Translations under genes and position numbers: made by a program
Source of the DNA: Phyllobates terribilis
Taxonomy: Eukaryota
Direction: 5' to 3'
NCBI RefSeq assembly: GCF_046119375.1
Contig: NW_027362767.1
Span: 137,702,001 to 137,766,000, forward strand
Length of the DNA stretch: 64,000 nt
The notes under the pieces: model-generated
What the model saw: the letters and a program-made list of their open reading frames with translations, nothing else
Database searches by the model: none
What the model was told of the DNA's origin: nothing
Shown here: in pieces, positions 52,907 to 64,000 of the stretch
How positions within the stretch are numbered: the stretch's first letter is position 1
Layout: every line of letters starts with the position of its first letter

Positions 52907-55900
52907 ATGGCGGAGAAGATGGAAGCGGAGGAGAGAGCCTCGTCAGCAGGGGTGGCGCCGGAGCCCGCAACCGCCAAACCGGACAAGCCCGGCCGCCGCC
53001 TCCTGTTCAACATGATGGTGGACAAGTTCCTGGCGGGGCTGATGGATGCGGGAAAGTGAGCCCCCCCCCCATCCTCATTTCATGTGATTGGTTGCTGTGA
53101 CTTTTCATGTGTTGTGATTGGTCCATGTGTATCGTTGTTTGCTACTTCCGCGTCCTGATTGGTTGTGTGTTTTGTTATACAGTTTGTGATTGGTTCTAAG
53201 TTTCATAGGCTCAATTTGATTGGCTGCTTGTGACTGTGAGCACAATGTTAGTGTAGTCTGAGGAGCTGACAATCCAAATATTCTCACACTGCCTGCAGCG
53301 ATCATCACCTCCAGATATCCCCCCACCCCCCATTTATATAGAAAACCTCCCAACGAATAGCCTTGTCACAAGATGTGAAGGTGTAGCAAGATGGCGGCCC
53401 AGAAGCCTTGAGAACATACATACATAAATACATAGCCTGCGTCTGCATAACTATACACATGCTGTGTCTGCAATTAACTGTCAGATCTAAGGGGTTAAGC
53501 TAGCGGTGCTCTTACTGCCCAGCTGTCGGTAGGTGACTCCTAGCGGTGCTCTTACTTCCCAGCTGTCGGTAGGTGACTCCTAGCGGCGCTCTTGCTGCCC
53601 GTCTGTCGGTAGGTGACTCCTAGCGGTGCTCTTACTGCCCGTCTGTCGGTAGGTGACTCCTAGCGGTGCTCTTACTGCCCGGCCGTCCGTAGGTGACTCC
53701 TAGCGGTGCTCTTACTGCCCGGCCGTCGGTAGGTGACTCCTAGCGGTGCTCTTACTGCCGGCCGTCGGTAGGTGACTCCTAGCGGCGCTCTTACTGCCCG
53801 GCTGTCGGTAGGTGACTCCTAGCGGCGCTCTTACTGCCCGGCCGTCGGTAGGTGACTCCTAGCGGCGCTCTTACTGCCCGGCCGTCGGTAGGTGACTCCT
53901 AGCGGCGCTCTTGCTGCCCGGCTGTCGGTAGGTGACTCCTAGCGGCGCTCTTGCTGCCCGGCTGTCGGTAGGTGACTCCTAGCGGCGCTCTTGCTGCCCG
54001 GCTGTCGGTAGGTGACTCCTAGCGGCGCTCTTGCTGCCCGGCTGTCGGTAGGTGACTCCTAGCGGCGCTCTTGCTGCCCGGCTGTCGGTAGGTGACTCCT
54101 AGCGGCGCTCTTGCTGCCCGGCTGTCGGTAGGTGACTCCTAGCGGCGCTCTTGCTGCCCGGCTGTCGGTAGGTGACTCCTAGCGGCGCTCTTGCTGCCCG
54201 GCTGTCGGTAGGTGACTCCTAGCGGCGCTCTTGCTGCCCGGCTGTCGGTAGGTGACTCCTAGCGGCGCTCTTGCTGCCCGGCTGTCGGTAGTTGACTCCT
54301 AGCGGCGCTCTTGCTGCCCGGCTGTCGGTAGGTGACTCCTAGCGGTGCTCTTACTGCCCTGTTGTGCTCAGGCACTCAACTGTCCTAGACAGTGAGGGCA
54401 ATATTTGTCGGACGGCTGAAGTGCTGAATTATCGGGTTGTGACGCTCCTTCTCTCTTTCTGCAGTTATCAGAGATTCGCCAGCTGTTACCGCAGGTTGTA
54501 CAAAATGGGACCAGAGATGACCCGCAGTATCTACGAGCAGTTCATGGCCCAGCTGCACTCCTTCATCAATGTACGTACTCTGCAGTGTCAGGACCCCGGG
54601 GGGAGCCGTTTCAGGACTCGGGGGAGGGATAGGTAGCTTCAGAACCCGGGGAAGGGGGGGGGGGGATAGGTAGCGTCAGGACCCTGGGGAAGGGGGGGGG
54701 GATAGGTAGCGTCAGGACCCTGGGGAAGGGGGGGGGGATAGGTAGCGTCAGGACCCCGGGGAAGGGGGGGGATAGGTAGCGTCAGGACCCCGGGGAAGGG
54801 GGGGATAGGTAGGTAGCGTCAGGACCCCGGGGAAGGGGGGGGATAGGTAGGTAGCGTCAGGACCCCGGGGAAGGGGGGGGGGGGATAGGTAGCGTCAGGA
54901 CCCCGGGGAAGGGGGGGGGGGATAGGTAGCGTCAGGACCCCGGGGAAGGGGGGGGGGATAGGTAGGTAGCGTCAGGACTCCGGGGAAGGGGGGGGGATAG
55001 GTAGGTAGCGTCAGGACCCCGGGGAAGGGGGGGGGATAGGTAGGTAGCGTCAGGACCCCGGGGAAGGGTGGGGGGGGATAGGTAGGTAGCGTCAGGACCC
55101 CGGGGAAGGGTGGGGGGGGATAGGTAGGTAGCGTCAGGACCCCGGGGAAGGGGGGGGGGATAGGTAGGTAGCGTCAGGACCCCGGGGAAGGGGGGGGGGA
55201 TAGGTAGGTAGCGTCAGGACCCCGGGGAAGGGGGGGGGATAGGTAGGTAGCGTCAGGACCCCGGGGAAGGGGAGGGGATAGGTAGGTAGCGTCAGGACCC
55301 CGGGGAAGGGGGGGGAGGGGATAGGTAGGTAGCGTCAGGACCCCGGGGAAGGGGGGGGATAGGTAGGTAGCGTCAGGACCCTGGGGAAGGGGGGGGGGGA
55401 TAGGTAGGTAGCGTCAGGACCCCGGGGAAGGGGGGGGAGGGGATAGGTAGGTAGCGTCAGGACCCCGGGGAAGGGGGGGGAGGGGATAGGTAGGTAGCGT
55501 CAGGACCCTGGGGAAGGGGGGGGGGATAGGTAGGTAGCGTCAGGACCCTGGGGAAGGGGGGGGGGGATAGGTAGGTAGCGTCAGGACCCTGGGGAAGGGG
55601 GGGGGGGGATAGGTAGGTAGCGTCAGGACCCCGGGGAAGGAGGGGGGGGATAGGTAGGTAGCGTCAGGACCCCGGGGAAGGAGGGGGGGGGATAGGTAGG
55701 TAGCGTCAGGACCCCGGGGAAGGAGGGGGGGGATAGGTAGGTAGCGTCAGGACCCCGGGGAAGGAGGGGGGGGATAGGTAGGTAGCGTCAGGACCCCGGG
55801 GAAGGAGGGGGGGGGATAGGTAGGTAGCGTCAGGACCCCGGGGAAGGAGGGGGGGGGATAGGTAGGTAGCGTCAGGACCCTGGGGAAGGGGGGGGGGATA

Positions 55901-56684
55901 GGTAGGTAGCATCAGGACCCTGGGGAAGGGGGGTGGGGATAGGTAGGTAGCGTCAGGACCCCGGGGAAGGGGGGGGGGGATAGGTAGGTAGCTTCAGGAC
56001 CCCGGGGAAGGAGGGGGGGGATAGGTAGGTAGCGTCAGGACCCCGGGGAAGGAGGGGGGGGATAGGTGGGTAGTGTCAGGACCCTGGGGGGGAGATGGTA
56101 GGGAGTGTTAGGACCCCCGGAGCTCCAGTGTACAGATCTCTTCCATTCCCAGGCGGAGATCCTGGAGCTGAAGGAGGATGGGAAGCTGGAGGTTCTCCTC
56201 GACTCTCTGGATAACCTGGAGCGAGAGGCCGGAAATAACATGGAGGTGCAGTGGTGAGTGCCGAGATCTCCATTACTGTGCACAGACCTCACAGCTGAGG
56301 GTGTGTTACCATTGTAGTCCCCCCCCCTCCTCCTCGCCTTCAGGCGTCCTAGTGGGGTCCCGGAGGAGGACATCCGCAGCCACCTGGTGCCGTACCTCTT
56401 GAAGCAGCGGGAATACCTGCGCAGGCTCTTAAAGGAGAAGCGGCAGGAGAATGCCCGGCTGGCGCAGTCCGTCCTGGCCGGGAGGGAGAAGATAGAGGAG
56501 ATGCAGAGAGAGATCTTGAGGAGGCAGCAGGCCTGGCAGGTAGTAAAGGAGAAGAGATGCTATAGCACAAGTACTACAACTCCCAGCAATATCACATTTA
56601 GTCTTTGTCTTCTTGCTTTAGAGTGTGAGCCAGTCGCAGCGGGATCTGCTGCTCTCCCTTCACAGCTCCAGGGACGGGATCTGA
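52907..56684 (+). CDS. pmf1: Polyamine-modulated factor 1 (Mis12 complex, Nnf1 family), 5 exons, ~204 aa
   Basis: Exons 52907-53055, 54465-54570, 56153-56253, 56344-56539, 56622-56684 (615 nt, phases consistent). Motifs include YQRFASCY...SIYEQF and WRPSGVPEEDIRSHLVPYLLKQREYL. It lies between slc25a44 and bglap, as in human. AATAAA at 56748. Confidence 0.9.
53500..54360. repeat. 40-bp minisatellite (CTAGCGGCGCTCTTGCTGCCCGGCTGTCGGTAGGTGACTC) in pmf1 intron 1
   Basis: Period measured as 40. Confidence 0.96.
54588..56090. repeat. G-run minisatellite (GGTAGCGTCAGGACCCCGGGGAAGGGGGGGGGATAGGTA) filling pmf1 intron 2
   Basis: Direct reading; the poly-G length is variable and may include sequencing error. 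Confidence 0.95.
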
Positions 56685-56747
56685 CGGCTCTGGTTCTCCA
56701 GCATCTTTCTCCATATTGTGAGACATTTGGTTTTGTCGTTTTCTGTC

Positions 56748-56753
56748 AATAAA
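56748..56753 (+). terminator. pmf1 polyadenylation signal AATAAA
   Basis: 64 nt after the stop codon, followed by a GT/T-rich tract. Confidence 0.65.
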
Positions 56754-57117
56754 GTGTTTGTTTTCTTTTTCACTTTTCTTCATTTTAGAATAAACCCATA
56801 ATAAGAAAATGCGACCCACCTAATGGCAGTGTGAGCAGTGATGGAGGGGGATTGGGGTCTCAGTGGTGCTGGCTCCGGGGGCTTCTGTAGCACTGCTGTG
56901 AAGACATGCTCCCTTGAGTACATTGGGAGTTATAGTCGTGAATGATGGAGCTCGTGGTTGTTTACTGGGGTTAGAAATCACTGCGGTCCTTCCTGTCTGT
57001 AACTAAACAAGCTGTGGTTTCAGGCTCGGGCCGAGGTCTGTGCGCTGCGGTCTCCTGTGAACTCCATCCCCTCAGCACTGACATGTGGACGAGACTTTAC
57101 TGCCATCAGTCCCAGCA

Positions 57118-57615
57118 GCGGAAAATGTCCCTGCACCCCCCCCTTCCCAGACCACTGCAGGAAATGTCCCTGCACCCGCCCCCACCCCCGGACCACTGCA
57201 GGAAATGTCCCTGCACCCGCCCCCACCCCCGGACCACTGCGGAAAATGTCCCTGCACCCGCCCCCACCCCCGGACCACTGCGGAAAATGTCCCTGCACCC
57301 GCCCCCACCCCCGGACCACTGCGGAAAATGTCCCTGCACCCGCCCCCACCCCCGGACCACTGCGGAAAATGTCCCTGCACCCCCCCCCCTCCCGGACCAC
57401 TGCGGAAAATGTCCCTGCACCCGCCCCCCCAGACCACTGCAGGAAATGTCCCTGCACCCCCCCCCCTCCCGGACCACTGCGGAAAATGTACCTGCACCCC
57501 CCCCCCCCAGACCACTGCAGGAAATGTCCCTGCACCCCCCCCCCTCCCGGACCACTGCGGAAAATGTACCTGCACCCCCCCCCCCCAGACCACTGCAGGA
57601 AATGTCCCTGCGCCC
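57118..57615. repeat. ~41-bp C-rich minisatellite (GACCACTGCGGAAAATGTCCCTGCACCCGCCCCCACCCCCG)
   Basis: Direct reading. Confidence 0.93.
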
Positions 57616-57674
57616 CCGCGATTCTCAGAATACAGCAGTAGTGTTATCTGTAGATGTGATGAACAGATCTGCAC

Positions 57675-59320
57675 CAAAATAATGACACCGACACTTGGGG
57701 TGCAGGATAATGACACTTGGGGTCAGGATGACGCCGACTCTCGGGGTAGAGGATAATGACACTCGGGGAGGCAGGATGACGCGGACACTCGGGGGAGGCA
57801 GGATAATGACACTTTGGGTATATGGTAATGATTCGGGGTACAGGATAATGACACTGACTCTTGGGCTGCAGGGTAATGACACTGGGGGTACGGGATGATG
57901 ACACTCGGGGGTGGGGGCAGGATGACATGACTCTCGGGTAGAGGATAATGACACTCGGAGGCAAGATGACACTGACACTCAGGGTAGAGGATAATGACAC
58001 TTGGAGGCAAGATGATGCCGACTCTCGGGGTAGAGGATAATGACACTTGGGGATGCAGGATGACGCTGACACTTTGGGTATATGATAATGACTCGGGGTA
58101 CAGGATGACGACACTGACTCTTGGGCTGCAGGGTAATGACACTGGGGGTACGGGATGATGACACTCAGGGGTGGGGGCAGGATGACATGACACTCAGGGA
58201 GGCAAGATGACGCTGACACTCAGGATAGAGGATAATGACACTGGGGGTACGGGATGATGACACTCAGGGTAGAGGATAATGACACTCGGGGAGGCAGGAT
58301 GACGCCGACTCTCGGGGTAGAGGATAATGACACTTGGGGAGGCAGGATGACGCCAACTCTCGGGGTAGAGGATAATGACACTTGGGGAGGCAGGATGACG
58401 CCGACTCTCGGGGTAAAGGATAATGACACTCGGGGTGCAGGATAATGACACTTTGGGTATATGGTAATGATTCGGGGTACAGGATGATGACACTGACTCT
58501 TGGGCTGCAGGGTAATGACACTGGGGGTACGGGATGATGACACTCGGGGGTGGGGGCAGGATGACATGACACTCAGGGAGGCAAGATGACGCTGACACTC
58601 AGGGTAGAGGATAATGACACTCGGGGAGGCAGGATGACGCGGACACTCGGGGGAGGTAGGATAATGACACTTTGGGTATATGGTAATGATTCGTGGTACA
58701 GGATAATGACACTGACTCTTGGGCTGCAGGGTAATGACACTGACACTGGGGGTACGGGATGATGACACTCGGGGGTGGGGGCAGGATGACATGACTCTCG
58801 GGGTAGAGGATAATGACACTCAGGGAGGCAAGATGACGCTGACACTCAGGGTAGAGGATAATGACACTCGGGGAGGCAGGATGATTTCGACACTCGGGGG
58901 AGGCAGGATAATGACACTTTGGGTATATGGTAATGATTCGGGGTACAGGATAATGACACTGACTCTTGGGCTGCAGGGTAATGACACTGACACTGGGGGT
59001 ACGGGATGATGACACTCGGGGGTGGGGGCAGGATGACATGACTCTTGGGGTAGAGGATAATGACACTTAGGGAGGCAAGATGACGCTGACACTCAGGGTA
59101 GAGGATAATGACACTCGGGGAGGCAGGATAATGACACTTTGGGTATATGGTAATGATTTGGGGTACAGGATAATGACACTGACTCTTGGTCTGCAGGGTA
59201 ATGACACTGACACTGGGGGTACGGGATGATGACACTCGGGGGTGGGGGGCAGGATGAAGCAGACTCTTGGGGTGCAGGATAGTGACTCTTGGGGTGCAGG
59301 ATAATGACATTGACTTAGGG
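57675..59320. repeat. Higher-order repeat of ~22-26-bp GGATAATGACACT subunits
   Basis: The marker TTGGGTATATG recurs at ~220-380-bp spacing. Confidence 0.9.
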
Positions 59321-59729
59321 GGCAGGAGGCCATCCCCCGGCGTTGGTGCTCACGTGGTCCTCCGTGTACACCGCAGTACAGGACGTGGCTCTATCCCCAG
59401 CTGGTTGAGTCTTTCGGTTGCGGTGTGGAGGAAACGTTTCCTCGCTCGTGTTAATAACAGAAGACGAGCAGCGGATAATTCTATGTTGCTGATGCGGCTT
59501 CTGACCGTGTTATTATAAGGTTATAATACATCAGTCTCTCTCCTTAACCCTTCATTACCTGTAAAAGAGTCGCCAATGTCCGCCATAGTTTAGGATTGTT
59601 GCTCCCTCAGTCGCAGGGATCTCTTCTTTTATTCTGATCAGAACTGGTAATAATTGTATTTTTTCTGTCCGGTAGTTTGGAGCCTGTAATCTGCAGCTCT
59701 TGGGGTTTCAAGCAATGGTGACTGTTAAA

Positions 59730-59940
59730 AACCGCATAAAAATTGTGCTTAACCGCAACATGTATCATGAAGCCTGGTGATCATTTCTGTCCAGTACAGT
59801 AGGGGTTAACTCCGCAGGGCTGATTTTGGCCAAGAGGGTTGCAGAGTTTATATTTGGGATGCTTCGGAGGTGCCCGATGCTGTAAACCCCCGGGCGCTGA
59901 GCCGGGCCCCTCCTGCCCCGGGGATGGGGGGTATAAGTAC
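59730..59940 (+). promoter_or_regulatory. bglap promoter with two Runx-type sites and a TATA box
   Basis: AACCGCA at 59730-59736 and 59751-59757; TATAAGTA at 59932-59939. Confidence 0.55.
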
Positions 59941-59986
59941 ATGGAGCGATGACTCCGGGCGATCACAGGTCAGAGAAGACAGCACC

Positions 59987-60047
59987 ATGAGACTCCTCAT
60001 CTTGGCCGTTCTCCTTGGGGTGGTCGCCCTGGTCCTGGGGCGTCGCG
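59987..60047 (+). CDS. bglap: First coding exon (signal peptide) of probable osteocalcin; remaining exons lie outside the window
   Basis: Kozak gcaccATG; MRLLILAVLLGVVALVLGRR followed by a phase-1 GTACGT donor; TATA box ~55 nt upstream. It lies directly downstream of pmf1, where BGLAP lies in human. The mature Gla domain was not seen. Confidence 0.72.
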
Positions 60048-60574
60048 GTACGTAACTCAGCATTATATGGAGACATCTGGGGACTATATGGGTGACTGCA
60101 CATTATAGACTTAAACAGATTCTCTATTTCGGGGTTGGCTGTGTACGAGCAGATACCTCCATAGTCAGAACCTGTATGGAAAGGGCAACATGGCCGATAC
60201 ATCCCACATAAGGATCCACGCGTCTCTATACCGTACAGGAGCGATTGGTGATGTCTGCTGTGTACGGAGTATTTCCATTGGCTGTCCTGTCACTACAGAG
60301 CAGACATGACCAATCAGGGCCCGAGCTGACTGATTGGCCATGCCTGAATATGTGGTGTGCCCGTATATGCGATGTGCCTGTATAGAGAGAACAGAAGCTA
60401 TAACCTCAATGTCTCCCTGGTTATAGATCCGGATGATGGCAACATGGCCGATTCCCCCCGCGCACAAGGTTAGTACCACGCCCAGGAGGTTCTGAGTACA
60501 TGCTGTCTGTATGAGCCTCTAGCGAGGCTGAGAAAGAAGTGGTCCTGTGCAGGGTCTGTACCTACATATACAGA

Positions 60575-63500
60575 AAGGTGGTCCTGTACCACTTCAACCT
60601 CGCGTATAGACGCTGCACAGTACCACTTCAACCTCGCGTGTAGACGCTGCACAGTACTACTTCAACCTCGCGTATAGACGCTGCACAGTACCACTTCAAC
60701 CTCGCGTATAGACGCTGCACAGTACCACTTCAACCTCGCGTATAGACGCTGCACAGTACCACTTCAACCTCGCGTATAGACGCTGCACAGTACCACTTCA
60801 ACCTCGCGTATAGACGCTGCACAGTACCACTTCAACCTCGCGTATAGATGCTGCACAGTACCACTTCAACCTCGCGTATAGATGCTGCACAGTACCACTT
60901 CAACCTCGCGTATAGACGCTGCACAGTACCACTTCACCCTCGCGTATAGACGCTGCACAGTACCACTTCAACCTCGCGTATAGACGCTGCACAGTACCAC
61001 TTCAACCTCGCGTATAGACGCTACACAGTACCACTTCTACCTCGCGTATAGACGCTGCACAGTACCACTTCAACCTCGCGTATAGACGCTACACAGTACC
61101 ACTTCAACCTCGCGTATAGACGCTGCACAGTACCACTTCAACCTCGCGTATAGACGCTGCACAGTACCACTTCAACCTCGCGTATAGACGCTACACAGTA
61201 CCACTTCTCTTCTACCTCGTGTATAGACGCTGTACAGTACCACTTCTCTTCTACCTCGCGCATAGACGCTGCACAGTACCACTTCAACCTCGCGCATAGA
61301 CGCTGCACAGTACCACTTCAACCTCGCGTATAGACGCTGCACAGTACCACTTCAACCTCGCGTATAGACGCTGCACAGTACCACTTCAACCTCGCGTATA
61401 GACGCTGCACAGTACCACTTCAACCTCGCGTATAGACGCTGCACAGTACAACTTCAACCTCGCGTATAGACGCTGCACAGTACCACTTCAACCTCGCGTA
61501 TAGACGCTACACAGTACCACTTCTCTTCTACCTCGTGTATAGACGCTGCACAGTACCTCTTCTACCTCGCGTATAGACGCTGCACAGTACCACTTCAACC
61601 TCGTGTATAGACGCTGCACAGTACCACTTCAACCTCGCGTATAGACGCTACACAGTACCACTTCTCTTCTACCTCGTGTATAGACGCTGCACAGTACCAC
61701 TTCAACCTCGCGTATAGACGCTGCACAGTACCACTTCAACCTCGCGTATAGACGCTACACAGTACCACTTCTCTTCTACCTCGTGTATAGACGCTGCACA
61801 GTACCACTTCAACCTCGCGTATAGACGCTGCACAGTACCACTTCAACCTCGCGTATAGACGCTGCACAGTACCACTTCAACCTCGCGTATAGACGCTGCA
61901 CAGTACCACTTCTACCTCACGTATAGACGCTGCACAGTACCACTTCTACCTCGCGTATAGACGCTGCACAGTACCACTTCAACCTCGCGTATAGACGCTG
62001 CACAGTACCACTTCAACCTCGCGTATAGACGCTGCACAGTACCACTTCAACCTCGCGTATAGACGCTGCACAGTACCACTTCAACCTCGCGTATAGACGC
62101 TACACAGTACCACTTCTACCTCGTGTATAGACGCTGCACAGTACCACTTCAACCTCGCGTATAGACGCTGCACAGTACCACTTCAACCTCGCGTATAGAC
62201 GCTGCACAGTACCACTTCAACCTCGTGTATAGACGCTGCACAGTACCACTTCAACCTCGCGTATAGACGCTGCACAGTACCACTTCAACCTCGCGTATAG
62301 ACGCTACACAGTACCACTTCTCTTCTACCTCGTGTATAGACGCTGCACAGTACCACTTCAACCTCGCGTATAGACGCTACACAGTACCACTTCTCTTCTA
62401 CCTCGTGTATAGACGCTGCACAGTACCACTTCAACCTCGCGTATAGACGCTGCACAGTACCACTTCAACCTCGCGTATAGACGCTGCACAGTACCACTTC
62501 AACCTCGTGTATAGACGCTGCACAGTACTACTTCAACCTCGCGTATAGACGCTGCACAGTACCACTTCAACCTCGCGTATAGACGCTACACAGTACCACT
62601 TCTCTTCTACCTCGTGTATAGACGCTGCACAGTACCACTTCAACCTCGCGTATAGACGCTGCACAGTACCACTTCAACCTCGCGTATAGACGCTGCACAG
62701 TACCACTTCAACCTCGCGTATAGACGCTGCACAGTACCACTTCAACCTCGCGTATAGACGCTGCACAGTACCACTTCAACCTCGCGTATAGACGCTGCAC
62801 AGTACCACTTCTACCTCACGTATAGACGCTGCACAGTACCACTTCTACCTCGCGTATAGACGCTGCACAGTACCACTTCTACCTCGCGTATAGACGCTGC
62901 ACACTACCTCTTCTACCTCGCGTTTAGATGCTGCACAGTACCTGTTCTACCTCACGTATAGACGCTGCACAGTACCACTTCTACCTCGCGTATAGACGCT
63001 GCACAGTACCACTTCTACCTCGCGTATAGATGCTGCGCAGTACCACTTCTACCTCGCGTATAGACGCTGTGCAGTACCACTTGTACCTCGCGTATAGACG
63101 CTGCACAGTGCCACTTTTACCTCGCGCATAGACGCTGCACAGTACCACTTCTACCTCGCGTATAGACGCTGCACAGTACCACTTCTCTTCTACTTCGTGT
63201 ATAGACGCTGCACAGTACCACTTCTACCTCGCATATAGACGCTGCACAGTACCACTTCTACCTCGCGTATAGACACTGCACAGTACCACTTCTACCTCGC
63301 TCATAGACGCTGCACAGTACCACTTCTACCTCGCGTATAGACACTGCACACTACCTCTTCTACCTCATGTTTCGACACTGCACAGTACCTCTTCTTCCTC
63401 GTGTTTAGACACTGCACAGTACCTCTTCTTCCTCATGTATAGATACTGCACAGTACTTCTTCCTTGTGTATAGACATTGCACAGTACCTCTTCTTCCTTG

Positions 63501-64000
63501 CGTACAGACACTGCACAGTACCTCTTCTCTTCTTCCTCGTGTATAGACGCTGCACAGTACCACTTCTACCTCGCGTATAGACGCTGCACAGTACCTCTGC
63601 TACCTCGTGTTTAGACACTGCACAGTACCTCTTCTTCCTCGTGTTTAGACACTGCACAGTACCTCTTCTTCCTCATGTATAGATACTGCACAGTACTTCT
63701 TCCTTGTGTATAGACATTGCACAGTACCTCTTCTTCCTTGCATACAGACACTGCACCGTACCTCTTCTCTTCTTCCTCGTGTATAGACGCTGCACAGTAC
63801 CTCTTCTACCTCGCATATAGACACTGCACAGTGCCACTTCTACCTCGCATATAGACACTGCACAGTGCCACTTCTACTTCGCGTATAGACGCTGCACAGT
63901 GCCACTTCTACCTCGCTTATAGATGCTGCACAGTACCACTTCTTCCTCATGGATAGACACTGCACAGTACCTCTGCTTCCTCATGGATAGACACTGCACA
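60575..64000. repeat. 34-bp minisatellite (GCACAGTACCACTTCAACCTCGCGTATAGACGCT) in bglap intron 1
   Basis: Unit length counted as 34; the array runs off the window end. Confidence 0.97.

Noticed and set aside
51668-59333. Many overlapping repetitive ORFs (51.7-52.3 kb, 57-59.3 kb)
   Set aside because: All derive from tandem arrays and have no domain content.

Overview
Vertebrate genomic DNA, almost certainly frog (anuran). It is gene-dense but intron-inflated. Five host genes were rebuilt exon by exon from splice sites and reading frame: nr1i3/CAR (+), tomm40l (-), slc25a44 (+), pmf1 (+) and the first exon of a probable bglap (+). There is also one orphan minus-strand exon near the left edge. 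About 24 kb (~38%, manual bounds) consists of ~16 mutually unrelated minisatellite arrays, which fill many of the larger introns. Mobile DNA includes seven Tc1-family copies plus one terminal fragment (two intact transposases, one with a lost stop codon), a PIF/Harbinger-like non-autonomous element, MITEs, and a fold-back insertion with a 14-bp TSD. The most unusual object is a complete, young, pol-less LTR retroelement (9926-15439, minus strand, TSD AAAAC) nested in a Tc1. It has a Tf1/sushi-type self-priming signal, LTR-internal VNTRs, and one uninterrupted 876-aa ORF: a PEG10/LDOC1-like capsid N-terminal domain fused to nine ~57-aa acidic repeats, reading through the PPT into U3. All identifications come from manual reading and recalled family knowledge; no database searches were run.
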